Shown: piece after piece, positions 29,330-37,537 of the stretch
Numbering within the stretch: position 1 is the first letter of the stretch
Layout: the number at the start of each line of letters is the position of its first letter
IMG/VR virus record: IMGVR_UViG_3300008255_000098
Reading direction: 5' to 3' (one strand)
DNA: 64,000 nt
DNA from: a virus
Lineage: Duplodnaviria > Caudoviricetes
The notes under the pieces: generated by a model
Told to the model about the DNA's origin: nothing
Seen by the model: only the letters and a program-made list of their open reading frames with translations
The model's database searches: none
Made by a program: the position numbers and the translations under genes

Positions 29330-30331
29330 TTATTTGTCATTTTTCATTTCATTGGCGAGGTCAGCTTCATACATTTCTTTAGCAAGTTCCGTAAATTTAA
29401 CTTTAGGCTCCCAACCTAAAATGTTTTTTGCTTTTGTCGCATCTCCGAGCAAATATGGAACCTCTTGCGGACGTAAAAGTCTTTTATTAAAACGTACATG
29501 TTTGTCCGTTGATAAGTTTGCAAGTCTAAATACTTCTTCTAAAAATTCTCGTACCGTATGTGCTTCCTCGGTCGCCAAAACATAGTCACTAGGGACATCT
29601 TGTTGAACCATCAAAAACATTCCTTCAACAAAATCTTTTGCGTGCCCCCAATCTCTTTTTGCATCTAAATTTCCAAGCTCTAGAACTTCTTGTTTCCCTA
29701 GCTTAATTCTTGCAGCTGCTTGTGTAATTTTTCTTGTTACGAAAGTTTCCCCTCGGCGTGGGCTTTCGTGGTTAAAAAGTATCCCGCAAGAAACATGGAG
29801 ACCATAACTTTCTCTGTAATTTCTGCATAGATGATGTGCATATAACTTAGCTGCCCCATACGGAGAGGCCGGTATCATCTGCGTTTCTTCATTTTGGGGG
29901 TGGACTAGATTGACACCGTAAAGTTCGCTAGTGGAGGCTTGATAAAAACGAGATGTTGGGCAAACTTCCTTAAAAGCATTTAGAAGTTTTAGCGTGCCCA
30001 TTCCATCTACTTCTAATGTTTCCTCTGGAACGTCAAAAGATGCTCTAACATCACTTTGTGCTGCTAGATTATATATCTCATCGGGTTTGTATTTGGACAT
30101 TACTCTCCAAAGAGAGTGTGTGTCTGTCATATTTCCGTATTCTAAATGAAAATTTGGGTGATTGAAAATATGGTCAACACGACTTGTGCTAATTGTAGAT
30201 GCTCTTCGTTTTATACCAACTACTTTATAACCTTTTTCCAGAAGAAGTTCAGCAAGATAACTTCCGTCTTGGCCCGTAATTCCGGTGCAAAGAGCAACCT
30301 TTTTATTTTTTGTCATTATTTTCTTCTCCAC
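29330..30331 (-). CDS. gmd: GDP-mannose 4,6-dehydratase
   Basis: GITGQDGSYLAELLL, YNLAAQSDV, FYQASTSELYG, SPYGAAK, GILFNHESPRRGETFVTRKIT, GNLDAKRDWGHA. Confidence 0.95.
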   Translation of the reverse strand: MEKKIMTKNKKVALCTGITGQDGSYLAELLLEKGYKVVGIKRRASTISTSRVDHIFNHPNFHLEYGNMTDTHSLWRVMSKYKPDEIYNLAAQSDVRASFDVPEETLEVDGMGTLKLLNAFKEVCPTSRFYQASTSELYGVNLVHPQNEETQMIPASPYGAAKLYAHHLCRNYRESYGLHVSCGILFNHESPRRGETFVTRKITQAAARIKLGKQEVLELGNLDAKRDWGHAKDFVEGMFLMVQQDVPSDYVLATEEAHTVREFLEEVFRLANLSTDKHVRFNKRLLRPQEVPYLLGDATKAKNILGWEPKVKFTELAKEMYEADLANEMKNDK

Positions 30332-30541
30332 TTATTTGTACACTCGCTATGTTTATATTCACCTATATGATCGTGAAATTATATTTTAGTCTACACTCAT
30401 CACCTGTGAATCAACAGTATACGACTTTTGGAGGAAAAATTATATCTTTAGACAGTATTTTTATACCATTTTTAATAAAAGTGTTTAAGTCCTCGATAAT
30501 GGTGACTTTTCATGTAAAAACATTTTTGTTTTTGTAATTTA

Positions 30542-31504
30542 TTAATTTTTGTTAATTCCCCTTACGTTTGGATAATTTTCGACAAACCATTTACACGTAA
30601 TTTTTAGTCCATCCTCTAGCGGCAAATATTTGTGTTTAAAATTAGTAGAATTGCTAGGTTTCCTAAACTGCCCTTCAGGTTTACTTCTATCCCACAAAAT
30701 TTCCCCATGATATTCAAGTATGTTTGCTACCATATACACAACTTTTTTAATTGATATTTCTTTATTCGTTCCAATATTATATGGCATTTCACTAGTATAG
30801 AATTTTTCTTCTATCTCACCACTTTCGCCAGACATTTTTAATAAACACTTAGCTATGTCATCTACAAAAGTAAATTCTCGTAATGGATTCCCCGAGCCCC
30901 AAAAAACAGGAGCGGTGTTACTAATCTTCGCTTCAAATATTTTTCTAATAATGGTTGGAAGCACGTGGCCATTCTCTAAATCAAAATTATCCTCTGGTCC
31001 AAAAATATTATTAGGAATTGCGGTTATATAGTTTCTATTATATTGTTTTCTAAAGGCTCTAGACTGTACCTCTACCATCCTTTTAGCATATGCATATCCA
31101 AAGTTTGATTCATGGGGCGGACCAAGGTGTAATTGTTGTTCTGTTAGCGGATATTCAACATAGTCTTTATCTGGATACACGCAAGTACTTAATAAAGAAA
31201 TGACATTCTGTACATTGTTTTTGTTGGCTTCCATAAGCACATTTGTGTTTATTAATATGTTTTCATTAAAAAAATCTGCTACTTGTTCGCTGTTTGCTTT
31301 TACGCCTCCAACTTTGGCAGCTAAATGTATAACCGCATCTGGTACGTATTTTTCATACATGTTTTGCGTTTGTTTTTGACTCCGTAGATCAAAATCTTTT
31401 GAACTAATTGGGATAGCTGACAGGGTACCAGGCAGATTTCGCATAATCGCTTTCCCTACCATTCCTGTACCACCTGTTATTAACAATATTTTATTTTTAA
31501 CCAT
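30542..31504 (-). CDS. fcl: GDP-L-fucose synthase (GDP-4-keto-6-deoxymannose epimerase/reductase)
   Basis: GGTGMVG, HLAAKVGGVKAN, LSTCVYP, PHESNFGYAYAKR, PNNIFGPEDNF, WGSGNPLREF. Confidence 0.9.
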   Translation of the reverse strand: MVKNKILLITGGTGMVGKAIMRNLPGTLSAIPISSKDFDLRSQKQTQNMYEKYVPDAVIHLAAKVGGVKANSEQVADFFNENILINTNVLMEANKNNVQNVISLLSTCVYPDKDYVEYPLTEQQLHLGPPHESNFGYAYAKRMVEVQSRAFRKQYNRNYITAIPNNIFGPEDNFDLENGHVLPTIIRKIFEAKISNTAPVFWGSGNPLREFTFVDDIAKCLLKMSGESGEIEEKFYTSEMPYNIGTNKEISIKKVVYMVANILEYHGEILWDRSKPEGQFRKPSNSTNFKHKYLPLEDGLKITCKWFVENYPNVRGINKN

Positions 31505-31530
31505 ATTTATTTTGATTTTTTAAACAAGTT

Positions 31531-31888
31531 TTACAAAAGCTCTGACCTATCTATGCCAATAACTGCATACATTGGTAAAACAACATAAACTGCATCATAG
31601 CTTTCCTTCAATTTCAACGACCCTTTATTAAGGAAAACCCTAATGTTGTTATCTGCTAATATTTTAGTTATATTTTGTGGTATTTGCACTAACGGTTCAC
31701 AAGAGTTACCTAACATACAAATACCTACCATGTATAGAAATAAATTTTCCTATACCAGACGAAAAGGTACTAAACCTATTTTCTTGTTCCGAGTCGGTAA
31801 TATTAGGTGGACAAAATGCACACCTAAGTTCTAATAAAAATGTATTTTCTAATTGAGTCACGTTATTTCCAATACGAATAAAGCCCAT
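31531..31888 (-). other. Two short overlapping ORFs (60 and 66 aa), possibly one frameshifted small gene
   Basis: Co-oriented, overlapping by 26 nt, filling the gap between the epimerase and fcl; no confident motif. Confidence 0.3.
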
Positions 31889-32873
31889 TGGTGATTTCAG
31901 GGTCGTGATTTTTGATTTTTCTATTTGGTTGTAAAACTGCCCATGAATACATTTTTCTAACCAACTCTTCTAGATCTGTTTTGTCAACAAATTCTAATTC
32001 TCTTTTTGCTTTACTATGGTCACAGAAGGCAAATTTAACTTCTTTCCTTGGCTCCAAATGTTCAATTGAAATATTATGTTCATATTCTCTTGCTATTTTT
32101 TGTACCAACAAAGCTAAATCAATAATTTTAGTTGGTTTGTCTGTCCCAATATTGTATGTCTCTTCTGAGCCTTGAAATAGCAATTTTTCTAAAGGGTCCA
32201 TGCAATATTTGATATCTGAAAATGCTCTTGTTTGATTACCATCACCAAAAATAGATAAATTTTCATCATTCAAGGTTTTTACAATAAAAATTCCTATAAC
32301 ATTCCTATAACGGTCCCAAATATTTTGATATATCCCATGGTAGTTGTGTGGTCGTATAATTGAATAGTCTAATCCATGAAACTTTTTTGCTGATTTTAAA
32401 TCTAACTCAATAGCACGTTTCGCTATTCCATACGGAGTTTCTGGAACGGCAGCTTTGGAACTTTCCTCGGTAAAGGGCGGCTCTAAATTTCCATATATTT
32501 CCATACTGCTAGTGAAAATTATTTTTTTAATATTTGTTGTGACACAAGCATTTATAAGTGTCGCAGGAGCCATAATATTATTTAGATAATTATGTTTTCT
32601 AACAAACGGACTAAAACCAGCAGCTGCAAAGGCAGCAAAATGGTACACAAACTTGACATTGTTATGTTTAATAATTCTAACAAGCTCACTCTCATCTAAT
32701 AAGCTAGTTTGAATAAATATGAAATGTTTATGTTCTGGAAGATGGTCAACACACCCGCCAGATAAATTATCTACACCAACAACATTATAGTTAGATTGTA
32801 ATAGATGCCTAGAAAAATTGGCGCCAAATAATCCAGCAGCGCCAGTGACTAAAATTGTTGTTCTGTCTTTCAT
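31863..32873 (-). CDS. NAD-dependent nucleotide-sugar epimerase/dehydratase (extended SDR)
   Basis: GAAGLFG Rossmann motif, FTSSMEIYG, YGIAK (YxxxK), GDGNQTRAFS. Confidence 0.9.
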   Translation of the reverse strand: MKDRTTILVTGAAGLFGANFSRHLLQSNYNVVGVDNLSGGCVDHLPEHKHFIFIQTSLLDESELVRIIKHNNVKFVYHFAAFAAAGFSPFVRKHNYLNNIMAPATLINACVTTNIKKIIFTSSMEIYGNLEPPFTEESSKAAVPETPYGIAKRAIELDLKSAKKFHGLDYSIIRPHNYHGIYQNIWDRYRNVIGIFIVKTLNDENLSIFGDGNQTRAFSDIKYCMDPLEKLLFQGSEETYNIGTDKPTKIIDLALLVQKIAREYEHNISIEHLEPRKEVKFAFCDHSKAKRELEFVDKTDLEELVRKMYSWAVLQPNRKIKNHDPEITNGLYSYWK

Positions 32874-33490
32874 TTTTTAATATATAGGGCATCACCCCAA
32901 GTTTGTTCTGGGGCCTCTGTTATAACTCTTTTAAAGCCAAATCCATCTAAATGTTTATCTATTTCTTCAACAAGACAACAATTTTTATACATTTCTACGA
33001 AATTAATTTCTGTATATACTGCACTAAAGTTTTCAAGCAGTCTGCCAAACCCACGTAATACTTTAAGTTCTGCGCCTTGAACATCTAAATTTAAAAAATC
33101 ATAATCAGAAATAACAATATCTTTAATACTGTCAAACCTTTTTGTTTTCATTGAAATGTGATCGGTATATTGTATGTGAGGATATTGTTGTGCGTGAACA
33201 CCCAACTCTAACATAGAACTAGATTGGCCATTATTTGCGATATTGAATGTTATTTCTTCATCGTCTACGTCTGATAAAGCGACATTTTTATAATAATTTT
33301 TAATAGGATAAAAGTTTGTTTTATCAAACAGGTGTTTCATTAATTTTTTGTTTGCTTCAAACCAAACAACATTTTTAATGTTTGCATTAACATAAGCTTC
33401 CGTCTCTTCACCTAAGTGTGCCCCTACATGGATCACTCCTTTAAATGGTGCTCCATTTACCATTACACATTTTTCCATTGGTATATACAT
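32870..33490 (-). CDS. FkbM-family SAM-dependent methyltransferase
   Basis: VIHVGAHLGEE, WFEAN, SSSML, LNLDVQGAELKVLRG, IYTEI-like tail, WGDALY. Confidence 0.9.
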   Translation of the reverse strand: MYIPMEKCVMVNGAPFKGVIHVGAHLGEETEAYVNANIKNVVWFEANKKLMKHLFDKTNFYPIKNYYKNVALSDVDDEEITFNIANNGQSSSMLELGVHAQQYPHIQYTDHISMKTKRFDSIKDIVISDYDFLNLDVQGAELKVLRGFGRLLENFSAVYTEINFVEMYKNCCLVEEIDKHLDGFGFKRVITEAPEQTWGDALYIKK

Positions 33491-33518
33491 TATATTTCCT
33501 TACCTTTGTTGTTTTCAC

Positions 33519-33780
33519 ATGAACTACCCACCCACGACAGCTTAGCTGTCGTGGGGTAGATTTCGGAGGTCATAGACTTGCCTAATAATGGTAACGCCTT
33601 ATTCTGTTTTTGTTTAACACCCGACTCAGTTCCTGAGTCGGACAGCATTTTTAAATCTTGGTTTTTAATATTTATGTTTGTATCAAAATCTCTGTCATGT
33701 ACAGTATTACAACTTTTCCAGGTCCACGATGCGTTTCGTTTGGTGTAATTTAATAAAATATATTCTTTGAAGTTGCTCAC
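33519..33780 (-). pseudogene. tnpB: Degenerate tnpB 3' fragment with IS200/IS605 right end
   Basis: WTWKSCNTVHDRDFDTNINIKN (zinc finger / RuvC-III HDRD remnant, first Cys lost) + LSDSGTES tail; perfect hairpin CCCACGACAGC-TAA-GCTGTCGTGGG followed by TGGGTAGTTCA. Confidence 0.85.
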
Positions 33781-33786
33781 ACATAA

Positions 33787-33815
33787 AGTTTAGAATAAAA
33801 AAACAAATTTGTAAA
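33787..33815 (-). promoter_or_regulatory. Sigma70-type promoter (GTTTACA-N17-TAAACT)
   Basis: -35 TTTACA (33815-33810), 17-nt spacer, -10 TAAACT (33792-33787), directly upstream of the tnpB remnant and the FkbM operon. Confidence 0.6.
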
Positions 33816-34002
33816 CACATATTAAAATTGATTTGATATGATGTAAGCCTTGCTGGTATTCGTTTAGGCCACAAACCTTTATAGGAAAAGGCTAGCAGCC
33901 TCTCAGTGCTCTTCTAAAAACATTCTTGGGGCTCTATGCATTTCATTATTACGTGGCGGGAGAATGTTTATATCATTTTTTTACTAATAGGTCGGGACCT
34001 AG

Positions 34003-37000
34003 TTAGCTACCGCCAGGATCATTTTGGTTATTACTATCGTTTTCTTCTTCTTGTCCAGCTTCAGCCAGAATTGTCAATGAACTTCCTATCGTACTAATCA
34101 ACGAACGATAGCTACCCCAGGCATCTATAGGAGTAAATTTAACACTAGTAGAAAAATCACCTTGAGTAAATTTATGCCCAACTCCAGTTATTGCGTACAT
34201 ATTATCAACCGTTGTTCCCGTTTGGAAATCTAGAAAATAACTTTGCATATAATTTAATAATGGATTTCCTACACATTCCATATTCATAACGGTAGGGATT
34301 ACATTCATTGGTAACCCACCAACATTTTCTCCGTTAGGAGTGGTACCTTCCTCACGACGGAAACTTCTAAGCAAATTTACTGTAGCTAAACTAGAATTTT
34401 GCATTGAATTCATTTGTGCGCTCTTTATAGTAGTTCCACCAGCACCAAATATAACATAAGGTGAATTGAGCATGATAAACTCTTTTAATTTTTTAGGTCC
34501 GCCTTTTATTCTATAAATTGTACTACTGCCCTCTGTTGCGACTCCTGTGCTTGCTAAATCTTCAGACACATTGGCTGACGGAATTTTTTCAATTAGTCCT
34601 ATACCCTCAGCTGACGCAATAGCTGAAGCGGCTATTTCTTCTCTGGCTCTAGTAACTGATGCATTTCCAGATTGAGCTGCTTGGTTAGTTGCAATTCCGC
34701 CTATAGATCTAACTTGGTCACGACGTGCTGCCAACAACATTCTTCCAATTGGTTCATAGGCTGTTGATGCTTTATCAAAAATGTGTAATCGCAAGATAGA
34801 CTGGGAACTAACACTGTCATCATCATCTGCTTCGTTTACACCAGTTTTTCCTGGTAAAGTTTCAATATAAATTCCTAATTGCGGCGGCCTGAAAGTTCCA
34901 TCTGGTGTATAATCACGTAATATTGCTTCCATTCTTTGTTGATATACAGCCGGGTCGTTTTTTGGCACGGTCGGGCCTCGAACACGACCTTCTGGGTCTG
35001 TATATTTAGTTCTAAACAACTCGCCAGACTCATCCCAAAGTCCGTAAGAGGAAGCAGCAGGGTCATCTAGCAATATATCTCCAATGAAATTCATGAATTG
35101 TTTTAGAGACATAACTGAGCTACGTGATATGTGTTCTAGCCTATAACGTGCTAGTTCATCAGCAAAGTATTGCATATCAACAACAAAATTTGCAATATTT
35201 AGTCTTGACGCCTTTCCGGCATACTCATTGAATGGATAAAAGAACATTTGTACTTCGTCATAATGTTTAGTATTTGCTAAAGGCTGACCAACAAACAATA
35301 ACAACAATCTTGCTAATGACGTAGGCCCGATATTTGCAACTGAACCCACAGAAAATGCGTGATTTCGAAATGCTTGTCGGGCTGTTTGTTCTTCTTGTCC
35401 TCTACTGTGGTCATCTATATGTCTATGCCCAGAATCAACAATATTATTTGGAAGAAAAGGGTCTATGTTGGTTTGCAACACTTCAATTTTACGTCTAATG
35501 CTTTCCTGAATTGACCGCCGCAAATTAGCAAAATTAGTTATTTGCCCATTGGAATCTGTTGTATTCCCCTGTCTTCTAGCTGCACTATTCGAAGATTCAT
35601 TACCAAATAAATCTGTTATTTTTCTAGCTAGTTCACGAGCACTTGGGTTAGAACTGGTACTGTATTGCCGCCTAAAATTTGCTAGTGCGGTTCTTAACTC
35701 AGATGTCAAAATTATATTATTTGTAGCATCTTGTGCTGCATTAAGAATTTGGTGCCCACGGACCTCTTGCATAGTTGTGGTAGAGGAGTTTGGAAAAACA
35801 CGCTGTCTAAGTTCAGCTATTTCTCTTTGTAGTTCTTCAATATCGTTTAGGCTTTGTGTAAAGCCAGCTCCCTCTGAAGACATGAGTTCTGTATCAAACT
35901 CTGTTACCCCTCTCATAGCAATCTCTAATTTAATATTAACTTCTCCAGATGGTTCAAAAGTAAATGAAGAGTTTGTAACCATGTATTTTTCTTTAACTCT
36001 CAACCCGTCAATTAAATCACCATATGGATTATCAGAATTATTTACAGCACCGTCGGGATGTGACCAGCCATATTCAATAGTAATTTCATTAGTTCCGTAA
36101 AGATCAGCTCTAATAAATTCTGATACTTCTGCTAATCTTGACCTATCATGCAGTTTGAAAGAAAGACTTCCATTTTTATAACTTAAGAAACCACGTGAGG
36201 GCTGAATGTTAATTTCTAAATCTTGTAATGTCAACAACGGTCTGAACTTATCAAGTACTTCATTTGATCTCGCTGATTCGGGCACATTTTCCATATTTAC
36301 TAAAGTTTGCGGACTAGTAAAAATTTCCATACCAGTTACCGAATATATTTCTGGTATTGGACTGTCTTCTGTTCCTGCTCTAGAAGAAATATTACTACCA
36401 GCAGTAGTATCAGCTTCAGCCATAAATTCAGTAACTGAGTGTTTCCCAGGTGATTCTGCGCCTAATAAAAATTTGTTGAGAGAAAGATTTTGAAGCTGAC
36501 GACCAATAGCAGAAACTGGCGGTCGAGGGAAAAATAATTCTACATTAACATATGGCACGGCTCGCATAAGCTCTACATTTGGAATGCCATTTAAAAATAT
36601 AGTAGAAGCTGCTGTATTCTGTGATTCTATGGTAACTCGTGGCGAGTTTGAAACGTATATAGATAACCCAGGAAACTCTTTTGTTGGCCTAGAAGGAATT
36701 TGATTTATTGAAAAATTTGTGTCAGCGCCTGGAGCACCATGCCCTAACATTTGTCTAACCCCAATATCTGTAATTGGGGTTTCGTCATCAGCGTTTCCAT
36801 ATTCAGCATTCAAAAAATCATTGACATTATATTGCCCTCTTTGATGAACTACAAAATTATTATCTTTTTCATAATGTAAATGCAATAACCTGCCAAAACT
36901 CGCCTTAGCAACTTCTAATTCTTGACTTGTTAAGTTTTCAAACACTGAAGAAAATCTTGTTAAAAACTCGTGAGTAGTGTATGCCCCATCAGCAGTGTCT

Positions 37001-37203
37001 ATCAACATATTGATCAATGTAGCTTCTGCTTCTGTTGGAGCAGATACCTCTATATTTTCATTTCTCCCACCGCTGCCGAGACTTGGATCTGTATTAATAT
37101 CTCTAAGCGCAGCCATTTCTGCTGATTCTTTAACGCTATGAATGCCAAAATATTTTGATAATATTCTAGTAGCTTGAACTAATTTTCTTTGTCTAACTGA
37201 CAT
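34003..37203 (-). CDS. Baseplate hub protein (gp27/gpD-like), putative
   Basis: ITIEYGWSH and a C-terminal MECVGNPLL...YAITGVGHKFTQGDFSTSVKF hub-type ending; downstream of the LysM-like and tube-like genes. Confidence 0.55.
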   Translation of the reverse strand: MSVRQRKLVQATRILSKYFGIHSVKESAEMAALRDINTDPSLGSGGRNENIEVSAPTEAEATLINMLIDTADGAYTTHEFLTRFSSVFENLTSQELEVAKASFGRLLHLHYEKDNNFVVHQRGQYNVNDFLNAEYGNADDETPITDIGVRQMLGHGAPGADTNFSINQIPSRPTKEFPGLSIYVSNSPRVTIESQNTAASTIFLNGIPNVELMRAVPYVNVELFFPRPPVSAIGRQLQNLSLNKFLLGAESPGKHSVTEFMAEADTTAGSNISSRAGTEDSPIPEIYSVTGMEIFTSPQTLVNMENVPESARSNEVLDKFRPLLTLQDLEINIQPSRGFLSYKNGSLSFKLHDRSRLAEVSEFIRADLYGTNEITIEYGWSHPDGAVNNSDNPYGDLIDGLRVKEKYMVTNSSFTFEPSGEVNIKLEIAMRGVTEFDTELMSSEGAGFTQSLNDIEELQREIAELRQRVFPNSSTTTMQEVRGHQILNAAQDATNNIILTSELRTALANFRRQYSTSSNPSARELARKITDLFGNESSNSAARRQGNTTDSNGQITNFANLRRSIQESIRRKIEVLQTNIDPFLPNNIVDSGHRHIDDHSRGQEEQTARQAFRNHAFSVGSVANIGPTSLARLLLLFVGQPLANTKHYDEVQMFFYPFNEYAGKASRLNIANFVVDMQYFADELARYRLEHISRSSVMSLKQFMNFIGDILLDDPAASSYGLWDESGELFRTKYTDPEGRVRGPTVPKNDPAVYQQRMEAILRDYTPDGTFRPPQLGIYIETLPGKTGVNEADDDDSVSSQSILRLHIFDKASTAYEPIGRMLLAARRDQVRSIGGIATNQAAQSGNASVTRAREEIAASAIASAEGIGLIEKIPSANVSEDLASTGVATEGSSTIYRIKGGPKKLKEFIMLNSPYVIFGAGGTTIKSAQMNSMQNSSLATVNLLRSFRREEGTTPNGENVGGLPMNVIPTVMNMECVGNPLLNYMQSYFLDFQTGTTVDNMYAITGVGHKFTQGDFSTSVKFTPIDAWGSYRSLISTIGSSLTILAEAGQEEENDSNNQNDPGGS

Positions 37204-37233
37204 ATTCTAAGGTAAATATTGTTATGCTTTATT

Positions 37234-37527
37234 TTAGCCGACAAATCGCAGAATGTCGTCAAGGTTGGGAATAAGAATTCTTGTTCCTGGAGGAACTTGC
37301 ATGGTCCAACCAATATTTGAGGCTCCGCTAATCACCCAAAATAAACGACCATCGCCATAAATTCTTCCAGCCAAAACGTCAATCCGCTCTCCTTCATCTA
37401 AAATCATTTCTTGGGTAGGAATATTACCGTTTTCAATATTTTGTCTTATTGCGGTTATAGCAAAAGATGTACCATATTGTTTTCCAAGTCTTAGCACTTT
37501 AGTTCTTGTGTATCTAGAAACTACCAT
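37234..37527 (-). CDS. LysM/gpX/gp53-like baseplate protein
   Basis: EGERIDVLAGRIYGDGRLFWVISGASNIG...VPPGTRILIP. Confidence 0.8.
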   Translation of the reverse strand: MVVSRYTRTKVLRLGKQYGTSFAITAIRQNIENGNIPTQEMILDEGERIDVLAGRIYGDGRLFWVISGASNIGWTMQVPPGTRILIPNLDDILRFVG

Positions 37528-37537
37528 TTTTTACCAT

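Noticed and set aside
30340-30540. Minus-strand frame between fcl and gmd interrupted by two TGA codons (possible TGA=Trp)
   Set aside because: TGA is a normal stop here (13038, 20937 with ATGA coupling, 23811). More likely a decayed gene or noncoding DNA.
31531-31888. Frameshifted GroES-like co-chaperonin
   Set aside because: Only faint C-terminal resemblance; the GroES N-terminal PLxDRV motif is absent, so the call is not supportable.
33490-33780. ORF-track 96-aa protein as a functional TnpB nuclease
   Set aside because: It is only the extreme C-terminus, the zinc-finger Cys residues are partly lost, RuvC-I/II are absent, and the frame reads through the element end.
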